A stretch of DNA of 64,000 nucleotides. Origin: Sedimentisphaerales bacterium (GTDB lineage: Bacteria > Planctomycetota > Phycisphaerae > Sedimentisphaerales > Anaerobacaceae). Under the pieces are notes generated by a model that was not told where the DNA came from, made no database searches, and saw nothing but the letters and a program-made list of their open reading frames with translations. Positions 30,077 through 40,348 of this stretch are shown here, one piece after another. Every line of letters starts with the position of its first letter. Within the stretch, counting starts at the first letter, position 1. The stretch covers positions 5,568,001-5,632,000 of the forward strand of contig OY970194.1 of NCBI GenBank assembly GCA_963708075.1, in the 5' to 3' direction. The position numbers were made by a program, and so were the translations under genes.

Positions 30077-30093
30077 TGCAAACAGTATGCCAG
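30077..30093 (-). promoter_or_regulatory. Sigma-54 (-24/-12) promoter
   Basis: Minus strand CTGGCATACTGTTTGCA with GG-N10-GC spacing, directly upstream of the first operon gene. Confidence 0.82.
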
Positions 30094-30111
30094 ACCGGAT
30101 TGCCCTCTGTC

Positions 30112-30213
30112 ATTTACGATTTATGATTCACGAATTACGATTTGTGGACTGGGAGCGGGCTCCTCGCCGGCGCCGGACCGCAAATCATCAATCATCCATC
30201 ATAAATCGTAAAT
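30112..30213. repeat. Inverted heptamer-repeat hairpin, second sequence family (GATTTAC/GTAAATC)
   Basis: ATTTACG ATTTATG ATTCACG AATTACG ATTTG ... CAAAT CATCAAT CATCCAT CATAAAT CGTAAAT. Confidence 0.85.
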
Positions 30214-30221
30214 CAATCCGC

Positions 30222-30257
30222 TGTCCGATTCTGGCCCGGCGCGCCCGGATTCGGACA
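30222..30257. promoter_or_regulatory. Putative enhancer (bEBP-binding UAS)
   Basis: TGTCCGATTCTGGCCCGGCGCGCCCGGATTCGGACA, same length and ends as 9149-9184. Confidence 0.6.
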
Positions 30258-30284
30258 CTCGCTGACATGCCGGGGCGCCGCAGC

Positions 30285-33200
30285 TCACAGCGACAATAAG
30301 AACGCTGTCAGATCCTTCAGCTCCGCTGTGCTGAGGGTTGAGGTCTTGCCGTGGCGGTCGCCCGGATTGAATTTGGTGAGCACTTCTTCGAGCGTGCCCG
30401 CCCGGCCATCGTGGAGGTAGGGGCGCTGCGCCAGAGTTCAACCAGGCTTGGGGCATCGAATGCCTCACCGGCCTCCCGACCGGTCCCGGTGCCGACGTCG
30501 CAGGCCTTGAGAGACGTGTAAAGGGGTGGTGCGTGACACTCCATGCAGCCGGCCTTCTCGAAGACGCGCTTTCCTCTTTCAGCCGTCTGCTTGTCGGCTG
30601 CATACGGGCTCGGCAGCGGCTCAAGAGACTTCAAGTAGGCGTCAATGGCAGCGGCGTCGGCCTCCGGGCGCAACACGAACTGGATGTGGCGCAGGCCCGC
30701 ACGCACGGCGGTTTCCGCTGTCTCGCGGACGCCCAGGCTCATCACCGGCGGCGTGCGATGCGCCCACAACATGCTCCTGGTATTCTTGGGCGTGCCCAGG
30801 CCGTCGTTGAGCAGGTCCCAATTCAGGCCGTCCGCTCTCGCGTCGGGGTGACAACTGGCGCAGCTTTGCCATCGCTGGAAGCACAAGTCCGCATCATGGA
30901 AGAGCATTTCCCCGCGACGTACCTCGGTCGGCTCCGGCGTCCGTCCCAGTGAGACTGATCCGACCCTGTTCTTCTCTTCCGGCTTCAGTTGAACGGTGGC
31001 TACGGAATCAGAGAAGTACTCGGCGGCGTAGAGGATCTGCTCTGCGACCGCGATGCCCCGCGGTCCCTTGCCTTGCAGCCGAACGCGCCGGCGCAGATCA
31101 CCGAGAAACGTCAGATCGCTCGATACGTTCTGCGAGTTCGCGCCGAGCTTTCGATGCAGCCCCGGCCGGTCGATGATGCTGACCTCGTGTGTGCCCGCGT
31201 GGCTCACGCACAGCCATTGGCCGTTACCGGTGCAGGCTATGTCCCACGGATTGGCGGCCCCCTGGTCCACGTCGTCGAGCAAGACCGTGTTAAGCCATTT
31301 GAGGCCGGCCACGTCGATGATGCTCAGGGCGCTGGTGTTCATCCAGCCCCGATCCACCTGCGTGGTGGGAAGCTGATAATGGGCCAGCGTGTGGGCAACA
31401 TATGCATAGCGGCCGTCCGGCGACACACAGATTCCGCGGACGGAGGTGCTGCCGTTGGGCAGACCGATGCGGGCCGCGATTTTCAAGTCGGTGGTGCTGA
31501 CGGCAGTGACTTCAGCGGCGACAACCGGGCCGGTAGCAGGTCCGGCGGGCAGGAGGCTTGCGACCAGCACAAATTGTCCGTCCGGCGTGCGCGCTACTGC
31601 GACAGGTTCCCGACCGACAGGCAACTCGCCTTTGATCTTTTGTGTCGTCAGATCGATCGCCAGCAGGCGCGAGCGGTATCGGTCACACACGAAGAGCGTA
31701 GTCCCGTCCTTGCTGAGCACCGGCGCCGTCGGACTGTGCCCGGCGGCAATCCGCGCACGTACGACGCCGGTCTGAGGATCGATGACCAGCACAACTCCCT
31801 GCGGCAGACCCCCCGTGACATAGAGACTCTTGCCGTCCGGGGAGATCGCAATACCCGACGGCGCTTCCGGCAGGGGGATTCTCCGAGATACGACGGAGAT
31901 CGCCCGATCGATGACGAGTACTTGGCGTCCTGTGGCCGCGACGACGTAGAATTCGGTTCCCTCGTTGTTCGCTGCCAGCGCTGATGGTGAGAGGAAGGCA
32001 GGGCTCGCGTGCTTACCTTCTTCCCTTCCTACCTTCTTACCTTCATCACCGGCGTGTGCTGCCAGGCCTGCGGTCTGCGCGGGCCATTCGGCAAGGCTAC
32101 GTCGCTCCAGCTCCTCCATGCGCCGGCGTTTTTCGAGGAAGTGCCTGTACTTCTGTAGGTCCTCGTCGTTCCACTGGCTTGCCTCTGTGTAGTCGCCGCA
32201 GAAGGGGACTTGAAGATCGATCCAGCAGGCGAGCTTCTCAATCTCCTCCGGCGCAAGTCGTGCGTCGTAGTGGCCATCCGCCAACAGGGACAACAACCGG
32301 CTGCGGGCCGCCCCGGCGGCGTACGGCGTAAGCAGCGGGGGCACTGATTGGGCCCCGACCCAATTCACCAGACCGTCCGTTGTGCCTGCGAGATAACGAT
32401 TGCCTTCCAGCGTCTTCTCTGTCGCTTGAACGAGTGCCAGGTAGCTTGTGCTCCACTGCCTCTTGGCGAGGTCTTCGACCACGGGCGTGCCGAGCAGGCA
32501 GGGGGCGGCCTTCCCGGTCGCAGGGGCCTTGCCGTCGTGACAACGGATGCAATGGCGGTCGAGGACAGGCTGGATTTCGCGCGAGAAGCTGAAACCTCGC
32601 GGGGGACCATGAAAAGGAATCAGGTCCTGCGGGCCCGCCCGGAACGCCAGGCTCGGCGCGGGTTTGACGGCCGGTGTGTCGTTCTTCGACTCATGACACC
32701 CGATGCACGAGGCGTTCTCACCCGGCTGCAGGGTCATCCAGCTCCGCATCGTCTGCACCGCGTACCCGCGGGCGTCGATGGCCTGGAAGTAGAGAGGCAT
32801 GGCGCGGGCACCGTGAAGAACGCCGAGCCGTCAGGGTGAACGGTGGCGTCGCCGAGCACGACCTTCACGTCCCAGCTCCCATTGCCTATAGCCACCGGCG
32901 TGCAAGCCAGCGCATCGCCCGCCGGGCCGGCGTTGTAGTTCCAGCCGACGCCGGCGGCGCGATACTCAAGGCCGATCACGCGGATCTTCTTCACTGTGCC
33001 GCGAGCGATACCGGTTAGTCCGGGGCCTGCGTAGATGTCTTGCAGATAGCAGGTGCCGGTGGTCTTCTCATAATTCACGACGCTGGGTCGGACGAGGGGG
33101 CGCGGCCGTGCCGTCAAAGGTATAGGCTGGCCGCAGGAGAAATCCGGATCAGCCGCCAGCAACTCCCGGCGGCCATTCGCGGCGATCCAGTACAGCTTGA

Positions 33201-34806
33201 AGAATGTGGGAGAGCGGGACCAGCCCAGGGGTGTATAGGCCACCACGAATTCAGATTCAGAGAGTGGATAGGGATACTGAAACAGATCGCCGTCCTGTCC
33301 GTAATAGTCGATGCGCTCGGCAGGCGTCTCGCGGACCGGGGCGATCAATTGGGTGCCGGCGTTTTCCTGCCGGCCCTTGGCAGGGTCCACGATTCCCAGC
33401 TTGCCGACCTGGCGCGTGTGGTGGCCTGAGAAGATGGCGACCACTTTCTGCGTGCCGGGAATGCCGCGGGCGTGCAGCAGCGAGGTGGGAAACCAGGAAT
33501 TGTTCGCGTAAAACTCGGTCTGGCCCGTGCCGTCGGGATTCATCTGGAACAGGCCCTGGACAAAGAGCTGGCCGCGGTCCTGGTATTCCCAGCGGGTATA
33601 GACGACCCGCCCGTCCGGCATCACCATGGGGTAGTTGTCGTGGACTTGATCGAATGTCAGGCGGCGCATGTAGCGACCGTCACGGCTGCACGTGTACAGG
33701 TTGCTGACCTCCGTCCACCAGCAATCCACCGTCTGAACGCAGCGAGTGGAGTTGAACAGAATGTCGTCGTTCGGCAGGTAGACGCACTCATAATCCGCAA
33801 AGCCAAGCCCTTCGGTCAACTGCTTCACCGAGCCGTCCGCGACGCTCATCTCGTACAGATGGTAATCGTCCTCGCGGTCGGACTTCTTCCAGGCGAAGAG
33901 CACATGCCGTCCGTCCCACGACACGTCCGGGTCCCGGATGACGCCGTTGGAGTCCTCGATCAGTGTTCGTACGCGGGCCCCGGTTTCTTCGAGCTCAAGC
34001 CGGCACAGCGCTGCCCCCGGCTCGAACTGCCGCTCATGCTGGGCGTCGGATTGGCCCTCGGTATAGGCGTAGTGCGAGCCGCCCAGGATACAATGCTTCG
34101 TGAAGATCCATCGCGGATATTGCTGGCGCAGGTTTTGCAGTCGCCTGTCGCGGCGCAATTCCGCGGCGCGGAAGTAGAGTTCGAGCCATTGCTTCGGTTC
34201 GGCGGGTGTGGACCGACTCACGAGCCGGTCAAACTCAGCCTGCAAATCCCGGCCGGTCGCTCCCAGCGCCGCCAGCACGTTGGCCGTCGCCTTCTGCGCC
34301 ACGACCGACACGGTGGACGCCGACAACCATGGGCCGAAGTCCGGCCCCGCATCCTGGAGGCACCAATCCCACGGCACCGGGAACTCCCGCTCGCCCCGGA
34401 TGGAGAACTCCTCGGCCGCAGCGGTGAACGTCTCGCTGTTCGGGTCGAGCGGCGCCATCTCGGTCTGCGCTCCGAGCACAGCCGCCTGCCATGCCTTGGC
34501 CTGGTCGGACAGTGACGCCGCATCGGCTGCCGGGCTCGTGCCTGGACACCAGCAGAGCCAGAGAGCCCCGATTGCAGTAAGCAAGATGGACTTTGACCAG
34601 CCTCGTAAAGATGAGAGGCCTGGGTGGCAGCGGCAAGCGGAGTCTTCGGAGCTTGCCGATGGTGTTGACGCACATCCCGCGAGCCATCGGCAAGCTGCGC
34701 TTGCCGCTGCCACCCGCCATGAGTCTTGAATGCGGAACAGTGTACACGTACCTTGACGCGGGTGGATGGGCTTTAGTCCATGCGGACGCCTTGCAGCATC
34801 GTTCAT
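30285..34806 (-). CDS. HzsA-like beta-propeller/c-type haem protein fused to a YVTN beta-propeller and a di-haem cytochrome c domain; two single-base deletions (~32802, ~30421)
   Basis: ORFs 32734..34806 and 30317..32800 join at FTVPA-x-MPLYFQAIDARGYAVQTMRSW. Four CxxCH motifs (CIGCH, CIRCH, CASCH, CMECH). Restoring one C gives SAPYLHDGRA...LTAFLLSL* ending at 30285; 4522+2 nt = 1507 aa plus stop. Confidence 0.8.
34622..34715. repeat. Inverted doublet of a REP-like unit GGGTGGCAGCGGCAAGC..GCTTGCCGATGG
   Basis: Copies at 34622-34662 and 34684-34715 (inverted); the family recurs at 53039-53070, 57868-57901, 63306-63337 and 63351-63386. Confidence 0.85.
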
Positions 34807-35939
34807 TACTTTCTCACCTCATTGCCAAGGGGCCGCTCGAAGTACTCGCGCCATACCGCGTAGGCGGGGCGGGCATTGCCCTGCTCATCGACAAGCCCGC
34901 AATCGCGCCACGCCATGAACAGCTCCGGCGCGGTCGCTTTGATTTTGTCCCAGAGTGCATCGTAGTCGCGGTGGATGAACAGCACGACAAACTCGAAGCG
35001 GCGTTGCTCGGCCAGCGCCAGCAATGTCCGCACGTAGGCGGCCTGCTTTTCGGGCGTGCCGTTGATCACGATCTTGCTTTGTGGAAAGACCAGCCGGTCG
35101 CCGGCCTCGTTGGTCTCGACCATGGCGTAGGGCTTGTCAAACCGGTCGAACTTCTCCGTCATCCACGCCAGCGCCTTCTCGGCGGGTTCGCCCGCCAGGA
35201 AGGGATAATAACTGACCGCGACGAAATCGTTGAACGGCATCAACTCCTCCCAGGTGGCCAGCATCGGCCCGCGATCTTTGATCATATTGTGCAGTGTGAA
35301 GGACGCGAAGATCGGCAGATTCGGATGCTCCTTCTTCAGCTCGCCATAAACGTAGCGATGGAGCTCGACATACGCCCGCCACTTCTTGACGCCGGAGTTG
35401 AAGATCTCGTTCACTTCGATGCCGATAGCCAGGTAGTCAGGCTTGAAGAAGTCGATGCAACGACGGCAATAGGTCAGGAACGCCCGCTTGACGAGAGGAT
35501 CGTCGTACGATTTGCCTTTCAGTTCCGGCGGCAGCGGCGTAGCGCCCTTGTCGGGCAGCTTGAGATCGCCGCGACCCGGTGACACGGCCAGATATACCTT
35601 CGCCCCCGGCGGTTTCATGGAGCGCTTGGACTCGTGCTCACTCACGAGTTCCTTCGGAAAAGGCACATCCTGCAACGCCTCGGCCCAAGGCACGCCTTCA
35701 ATATGGTGGGCGATGAGATCAGCGTTGTCACGTACGAACTGCCGGGTCTGCTCGACCGCCTCGATGCTGATATCGTGCGGGAACGCCGTGAACCCCATGC
35801 GAAAGGGCCGTAACCGCTCCGCTTCCGCACTCAGGTCAATCGCCATGCCCAGGAGCAACACCAACACAGCCACGGCTAACCCGTAGTCGCTCCTCCGCAT
35901 TCGGATACCACACGCGATGTTGTGTAGTGGCGTTCCCAT
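34806..35939 (-). CDS. Secreted glycoside-hydrolase-like TIM-barrel protein
   Basis: Hydrophobic signal; PDYLAIGIEVNE, FVAVSYYP, KPYAMVETN, DCGLVD..GNARPA resemble clan GH-A motifs; family not assigned. Confidence 0.65.
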   Translation of the reverse strand: MGTPLHNIACGIRMRRSDYGLAVAVLVLLLGMAIDLSAEAERLRPFRMGFTAFPHDISIEAVEQTRQFVRDNADLIAHHIEGVPWAEALQDVPFPKELVSEHESKRSMKPPGAKVYLAVSPGRGDLKLPDKGATPLPPELKGKSYDDPLVKRAFLTYCRRCIDFFKPDYLAIGIEVNEIFNSGVKKWRAYVELHRYVYGELKKEHPNLPIFASFTLHNMIKDRGPMLATWEELMPFNDFVAVSYYPFLAGEPAEKALAWMTEKFDRFDKPYAMVETNEAGDRLVFPQSKIVINGTPEKQAAYVRTLLALAEQRRFEFVVLFIHRDYDALWDKIKATAPELFMAWRDCGLVDEQGNARPAYAVWREYFERPLGNEVRK

Positions 35940-36010
35940 CCGTCTTTCCTACTCCTATTTGCCTGTCGAATGTTGATCGACCCATCCCTATGGCGATAGA
36001 ATAACGAATC

Positions 36011-36361
36011 ATGGCTGACCCGGCAACCATAGAGACTGTGCGACGATACCTGCGAAACCTCGCACAGCAGGGCATTCTGGCTCGCATGGGGATCATCTTC
36101 GGCTCTCATGCCTCCGGGCATCCCGGTAAGTGGAGCGACATTGATTTGGTAGTGGTGTCCCCGATGTTTGACGGCCTGTTCTCACGAGAGACCGTCAACC
36201 GCCTATGGCGCGTAGCCGCACGCACGGACAGTCGGATCGAGCCCATCCCCTGCGGCGAGCGTCAATGGGCCGAGGATAACACAACGCCCATTATCGAGAT
36301 TGCCCGCCGGGAGGGAGTACAGGTGGTACCAGATGGAAATGGAGCCGGTGAGACAACCTGA
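36011..36361 (+). CDS. Minimal nucleotidyltransferase (MNT) domain protein
   Basis: IIFGSHASG..KWSDIDLVVVS motif; 116 aa. Confidence 0.88.
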   Translation: MADPATIETVRRYLRNLAQQGILARMGIIFGSHASGHPGKWSDIDLVVVSPMFDGLFSRETVNRLWRVAARTDSRIEPIPCGERQWAEDNTTPIIEIARREGVQVVPDGNGAGETT

Positions 36362-36510
36362 ACGAGGTGTCATTTGCCAATGGTCTGATCTTGGCCCTGC
36401 GCCTCAGAACATTGCGTCCTGTTGCCGGTAATGGTATCTTGTTGGCCGACACATGGCCGCCTCACAGCGAATGACGGAATATATGTTCTGGCGAGAAAGG
36501 AGATCAGGAG

Positions 36511-36918
36511 ATGGCACGGACCTTCAACGAAGCGATCACTCAAAACCCGAATAACGACGAGGTCAATCTATCCGCGATTAGGGCACTCCAAGCATGGCAA
36601 TATCTCATTCCGAAGGCTAAGAACCGCCAGCTCGTGAAATACGATGAACTGGCGACGCTGATGGGCTATGCGAACAACCACCCTCTGCGGTTCATATTGG
36701 GTCACATTATGCATTATTGTCAACAGGAAGGCTTTCCCGCCCTGACTATCATTGTAGTCAACAACGATGGGACTCCAGGCGAAGGCTTCACGGCGGTGCC
36801 ACGTGATCAGTTTGACGCTCAGCGTGAAAGGACCTTTGGTTTTGATTGGTTCTCCGTTTATCCTCCGACCCCTGCGGAATTCACACAGTCATGGGACGCG
36901 GCCCAGCGACAGCAGTAG
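36511..36918 (+). CDS. Hypothetical protein, possibly winged-helix (lower GC)
   Basis: SD-like AGGAG; VKYDELATLMG...LGHIMHYC..GFPALTIIVVN.DGTPGEGF pattern. Confidence 0.7.
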   Translation: MARTFNEAITQNPNNDEVNLSAIRALQAWQYLIPKAKNRQLVKYDELATLMGYANNHPLRFILGHIMHYCQQEGFPALTIIVVNNDGTPGEGFTAVPRDQFDAQRERTFGFDWFSVYPPTPAEFTQSWDAAQRQQ

Positions 36919-37034
36919 TAGAAAGCACCTGTCTCCCGACTCTCGCGTCTGTTGGAGACTCAAGAACGACCAAAGACAGATGAAGGTGCGGGGAGACTTG
37001 TGGCGTGGGTAGACCTGGTGGGACAGGGCCTACC

Positions 37035-38354
37035 CTACGCGAGGGGCAGTCGCAGGCAGGCTCGGCAGCCGGGTTTGTCGGGGTGGTTGGCCAGGGTCAG
37101 CGAGCCGTTGTGCGCTTCGGCGATCTGGCGGCTGAGAGCCAGGCCGATTCCGGAGCCGTACTGCTTCGTCGTGTAGAACGGTACGAATGCGTTTGTGTCC
37201 TCCGCCAGACCGGGGCCGTCGTCATCCACGCGGACCTCAAGCTCATTGGCGTCGATCCGCCAGCCGATGCAGACTCGGCCGTCTCCCGCCGGGTGAGATT
37301 GCTGGCTTGCCTCCACGGCGTTCGAGATCACGTTGATCAGCAGTTGCTCCAGTTGATCGCGGTCGGCTCGGATTCGTACCGGCGGGCCTTCCTGGACCGT
37401 CGCCTCCATCCGGGTTTCAAGCTCCGCCACTCGGCGAAGCAATTGCGCCACGTCCACTTGAGAGAAGGTTGGGTGGGGCAGATGCATCAAGCGGGAGTAC
37501 GCGCCGATGAACCGGGCGAGGGCCTCGGATCGCTCGGCGATCAGTTCCAGGCCACCCTTCAAATCCTCCTCCCAATCCAGCGGCAGCGGCCGTCGGGCGA
37601 TGATCGCTCGCAGACTGTCGGCGACCGACTGGATGGGCGTCAGGGAGTTGTTCACCTCGTGACGGACCGTCCGGATCAACTGCGTCCAGGCGCGTCGTTC
37701 CTCCTCGTGCAGCGTGCGGGTCAGGTCGGAGAGGAACACGAGCTGATGCGACACGCCTTTTTCCCGATAGTCCCCGCGGCGCAGCTCCCAGCGTCCGGAG
37801 CCGCCCGGCAATGCGATGTCGAGCACGCGGGGGGTCTCGCCCTCCAGGCACTCGGCCAGGCCGAGCTCGCTCGCCCGGCAACCGAGCAGCTCCTCATCGG
37901 TCCTGCCCAGCAGGCGTTTGCCGCTGTCATTGACTAATTGGAGCCGCTGCCGGCTGTCGAAGCCGAACATCGCGACATCGATCTCCGCAAGGACCTTGCG
38001 AAGCAGGGCGGTCGCTTCCATCGCTCCCAGACGTTGCTCGCGCAGCGATTCCGCCAGGGCATTGACCTCCCAGATGACCTCGCCCAGCGCGTCATTGAGC
38101 CGAGCGCCCCGGGCCCGCAGGGAATAGTCGCCTTCCCGCAGCGCTCCCAGCAGATTGGACAACGTGCGAAGCGGAAAGACGACCTTGCTCTGGATAGTAA
38201 ATGCGACCCCGACCCAGATGAGCGTGATCAGCACGCCCAGCGTCACTTGTGTCCGCAGGGCGTAGTTCGAGTCCCACAGCAGGAAGAAAGACGCTGTGGA
38301 ACCCGCCAGTCCAGATAGCAGGCCAAGCGTCAGGATGCGATGTTCGTACTTCAT
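37035..38354 (-). CDS. Membrane sensor histidine kinase (HAMP-PAS-HisKA-HATPase)
   Basis: Two TM helices; H-box HEVNNSLTPI, N-box INVISNAVEA, DDDGPG, FVPFYTTK, GSGIGL. Confidence 0.93.
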   Translation of the reverse strand: MKYEHRILTLGLLSGLAGSTASFFLLWDSNYALRTQVTLGVLITLIWVGVAFTIQSKVVFPLRTLSNLLGALREGDYSLRARGARLNDALGEVIWEVNALAESLREQRLGAMEATALLRKVLAEIDVAMFGFDSRQRLQLVNDSGKRLLGRTDEELLGCRASELGLAECLEGETPRVLDIALPGGSGRWELRRGDYREKGVSHQLVFLSDLTRTLHEEERRAWTQLIRTVRHEVNNSLTPIQSVADSLRAIIARRPLPLDWEEDLKGGLELIAERSEALARFIGAYSRLMHLPHPTFSQVDVAQLLRRVAELETRMEATVQEGPPVRIRADRDQLEQLLINVISNAVEASQQSHPAGDGRVCIGWRIDANELEVRVDDDGPGLAEDTNAFVPFYTTKQYGSGIGLALSRQIAEAHNGSLTLANHPDKPGCRACLRLPLA

Positions 38355-38356
38355 GA

Positions 38357-38443
38357 GTTGCGATTTACCAGTTGCGATTTACGATTGTTGGGATTCGAGC
38401 CGTCACGAACAAGCCTGAAATCTCAAATCTCAAATCGCGATTC
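38357..38443. repeat. Degenerate heptamer-repeat hairpin between regulator and kinase
   Basis: CGATTTA-type units on the left, (AAATCTC)n on the right. Confidence 0.6.
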
Positions 38444-38445
38444 CC

Positions 38446-39855
38446 CTATCCAATCCCATACTTCTCCAACCGCCGGTACAAGGCGCCGCGGCTGAGGCCG
38501 AGGGCCTCCGCGGCCTTGCTGATGTCGCCCTGGGAACGCGCCAGCGCATTCTGGATCATCATCTGCTCGACCTGCTCCAGGGTCATGTTCTCGATCTTGC
38601 CGCCGGTCTCGGGCCTGGCCTCCAGGCCCAGATCGCTGGGCTGTACGGTGCCGCCGTGAGCCATCAGGACCGCCCGCTCGATGGTGTGATCGAGCTCTCG
38701 CACGTTCCCGGGCCAGGAGTAATCCAGCAGCGCCTGCATCGCCGCTGGGTCCAGACCGGCAAGCTCCTTGCGGTACCGTCCCGCGTGCCTGGTGAGGAAA
38801 TGAGCGGCCAGTAAGGGGACATCTTCCTTTCGCTCTCGCAAGGGCGGGACGCGAATTTCCACCGTCTTCAGGCGGTACAGCAGGTCCTGCCGGAAGCGTG
38901 CCTCGGCGACCTCCTTGCCAACGTCGGCGTTGGTGGCCGACAGAATTCGAACGTCGACGCGGTGGGTTTTCGAAGACCCGACCGGCTCGAACTCGCCGCT
39001 TTCGAGCACGCGGAGCAGCTTCGATTGCAGGTTAGCCGGGATGCTGGCGATCTCGTCAAGGAACAGTGTCCCGCCGTCGGCCAGCTTGAACCGCCCGATC
39101 CGGTCCGATTTGGCGTCGGTGAAGGCGCCAGCGACGTGGCCGAACAACTCGCTCTCGAAAAGGCTGTCCGGGATGCTCGCGGTGTTCACGGTCACGAGGG
39201 ATTTGTCCTTGCGGGTCGATGCGGCGTGCAGAGCCTGGGCGACAATCCCCTTGCCCGCCCCGTTTTCCCCAGTTATCAGCACGTTCGCCTGCGACGGCCC
39301 GATCCGAGCGATGGCTTCAAGCACCGGCCGCATCGCGCGGGCCTCGGCGATCAGTAGCGGCTGGGCCTCGCTTCGAAGCAGGAAATTTTCCTGCTCAAGT
39401 TGTCGCCCCTTGCGCAGGGCCCGGCCCAGCTCCACCTGCGTGCGCAAAACAGCGAGCAGCCGCTCATTCTTCCACGGCTTGGTCACGAAGTCGCGGGCCC
39501 CGCGTTGCATCGCCTCCACGGCCAGCTCCACGCTGCTCCAGGCCGTCATCACCACCACTGGAAGCGTGCTGTCGATTTGTTGGATCCGGGCCAGCACGTT
39601 AAGCCCCTCCTGCCCCGACGTATTGCCCCTCGCGTAGTTCATGTCCATCAGGACGACGTCCACGTCCTGCCGCCGGATCGCCTCGATGACCGCCTCCGCC
39701 GAGCCGACGGTCTCGATCTGGTAGCCCTCGCCCTTGAGGAGCAGCCGCAGCGCCTTCAGCACGCCCAACTGGTCGTCCGCCACGAGAATCCGCGGCGACA
39801 CCGGCCCCGCCCGGCTCATCCCGACATCCACGCCACCCTGTTCATCTATCGCCAT
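38446..39855 (-). CDS. Sigma-54-dependent response regulator (NtrC family bEBP)
   Basis: Receiver ILVADD/LMDMN; GENGAGKG; ESELFGHVAGAFTDA; LFLDEI; WPGNVREL; Fis-type HTH. Start could be a later ATG (MSRAG). Confidence 0.95.
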   Translation of the reverse strand: MAIDEQGGVDVGMSRAGPVSPRILVADDQLGVLKALRLLLKGEGYQIETVGSAEAVIEAIRRQDVDVVLMDMNYARGNTSGQEGLNVLARIQQIDSTLPVVVMTAWSSVELAVEAMQRGARDFVTKPWKNERLLAVLRTQVELGRALRKGRQLEQENFLLRSEAQPLLIAEARAMRPVLEAIARIGPSQANVLITGENGAGKGIVAQALHAASTRKDKSLVTVNTASIPDSLFESELFGHVAGAFTDAKSDRIGRFKLADGGTLFLDEIASIPANLQSKLLRVLESGEFEPVGSSKTHRVDVRILSATNADVGKEVAEARFRQDLLYRLKTVEIRVPPLRERKEDVPLLAAHFLTRHAGRYRKELAGLDPAAMQALLDYSWPGNVRELDHTIERAVLMAHGGTVQPSDLGLEARPETGGKIENMTLEQVEQMMIQNALARSQGDISKAAEALGLSRGALYRRLEKYGIG

Positions 39856-40125
39856 AACAACTCCCCAGCCACAAAGCCACTCATCCCGCCCATCTTACCC
39901 GACACGACCGTCACAGTCCATCCGCCACGTCCCCGACCGCGCACGGCGGCCCATAGGAGGGTAAGAAGGTAGGAACCAACCTGATCCCTGATCCCCGATG
40001 CCTGCTCGTCAATCCGCAATCACGGCGTCCCGCCGCTCCCCCGACCCCCCGTCTTCTTCAACCACAGAGAACACCGAGGGCACGGCGAAGGAATCTGCCA
40101 ACTGAGAACCAGCAACCGTAACTGC

Positions 40126-40220
40126 TTGTTCACCGCAGAGAGCCTGCCCCCGCGAAGGCGGGGGACGCCGAGGGTCGCAAAGGAAATATGGAACCGCTGA
40201 TAAATGCGGATGCACGCTGA
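40126..40220 (+). repeat. 95-bp direct repeat, copy 1
   Basis: 88/95 identical to 41681-41775 by hand alignment; contains hairpin CCCCCGCGAAGGCGGGGG. Confidence 0.9.
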
Positions 40221-40348
40221 ATTGGCCGCAGGCCGCCACGACAATCATCAATCACAAATCATCAATCATCAATCCACCGGCAACCGCCCGCAGTCCGCAC
40301 TCCGGTGGCCCGCCTCCCGGTCCCGGTCCTCACGCCGTTTCCCTGCAC

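Noticed and set aside
30285..34806. Evidence that the organism performs anammox
   Set aside because: Only architectural similarity to hydrazine synthase; no HAO/HDH-type multihaem genes here, and HzsA-like domains occur in non-anammox bacteria.
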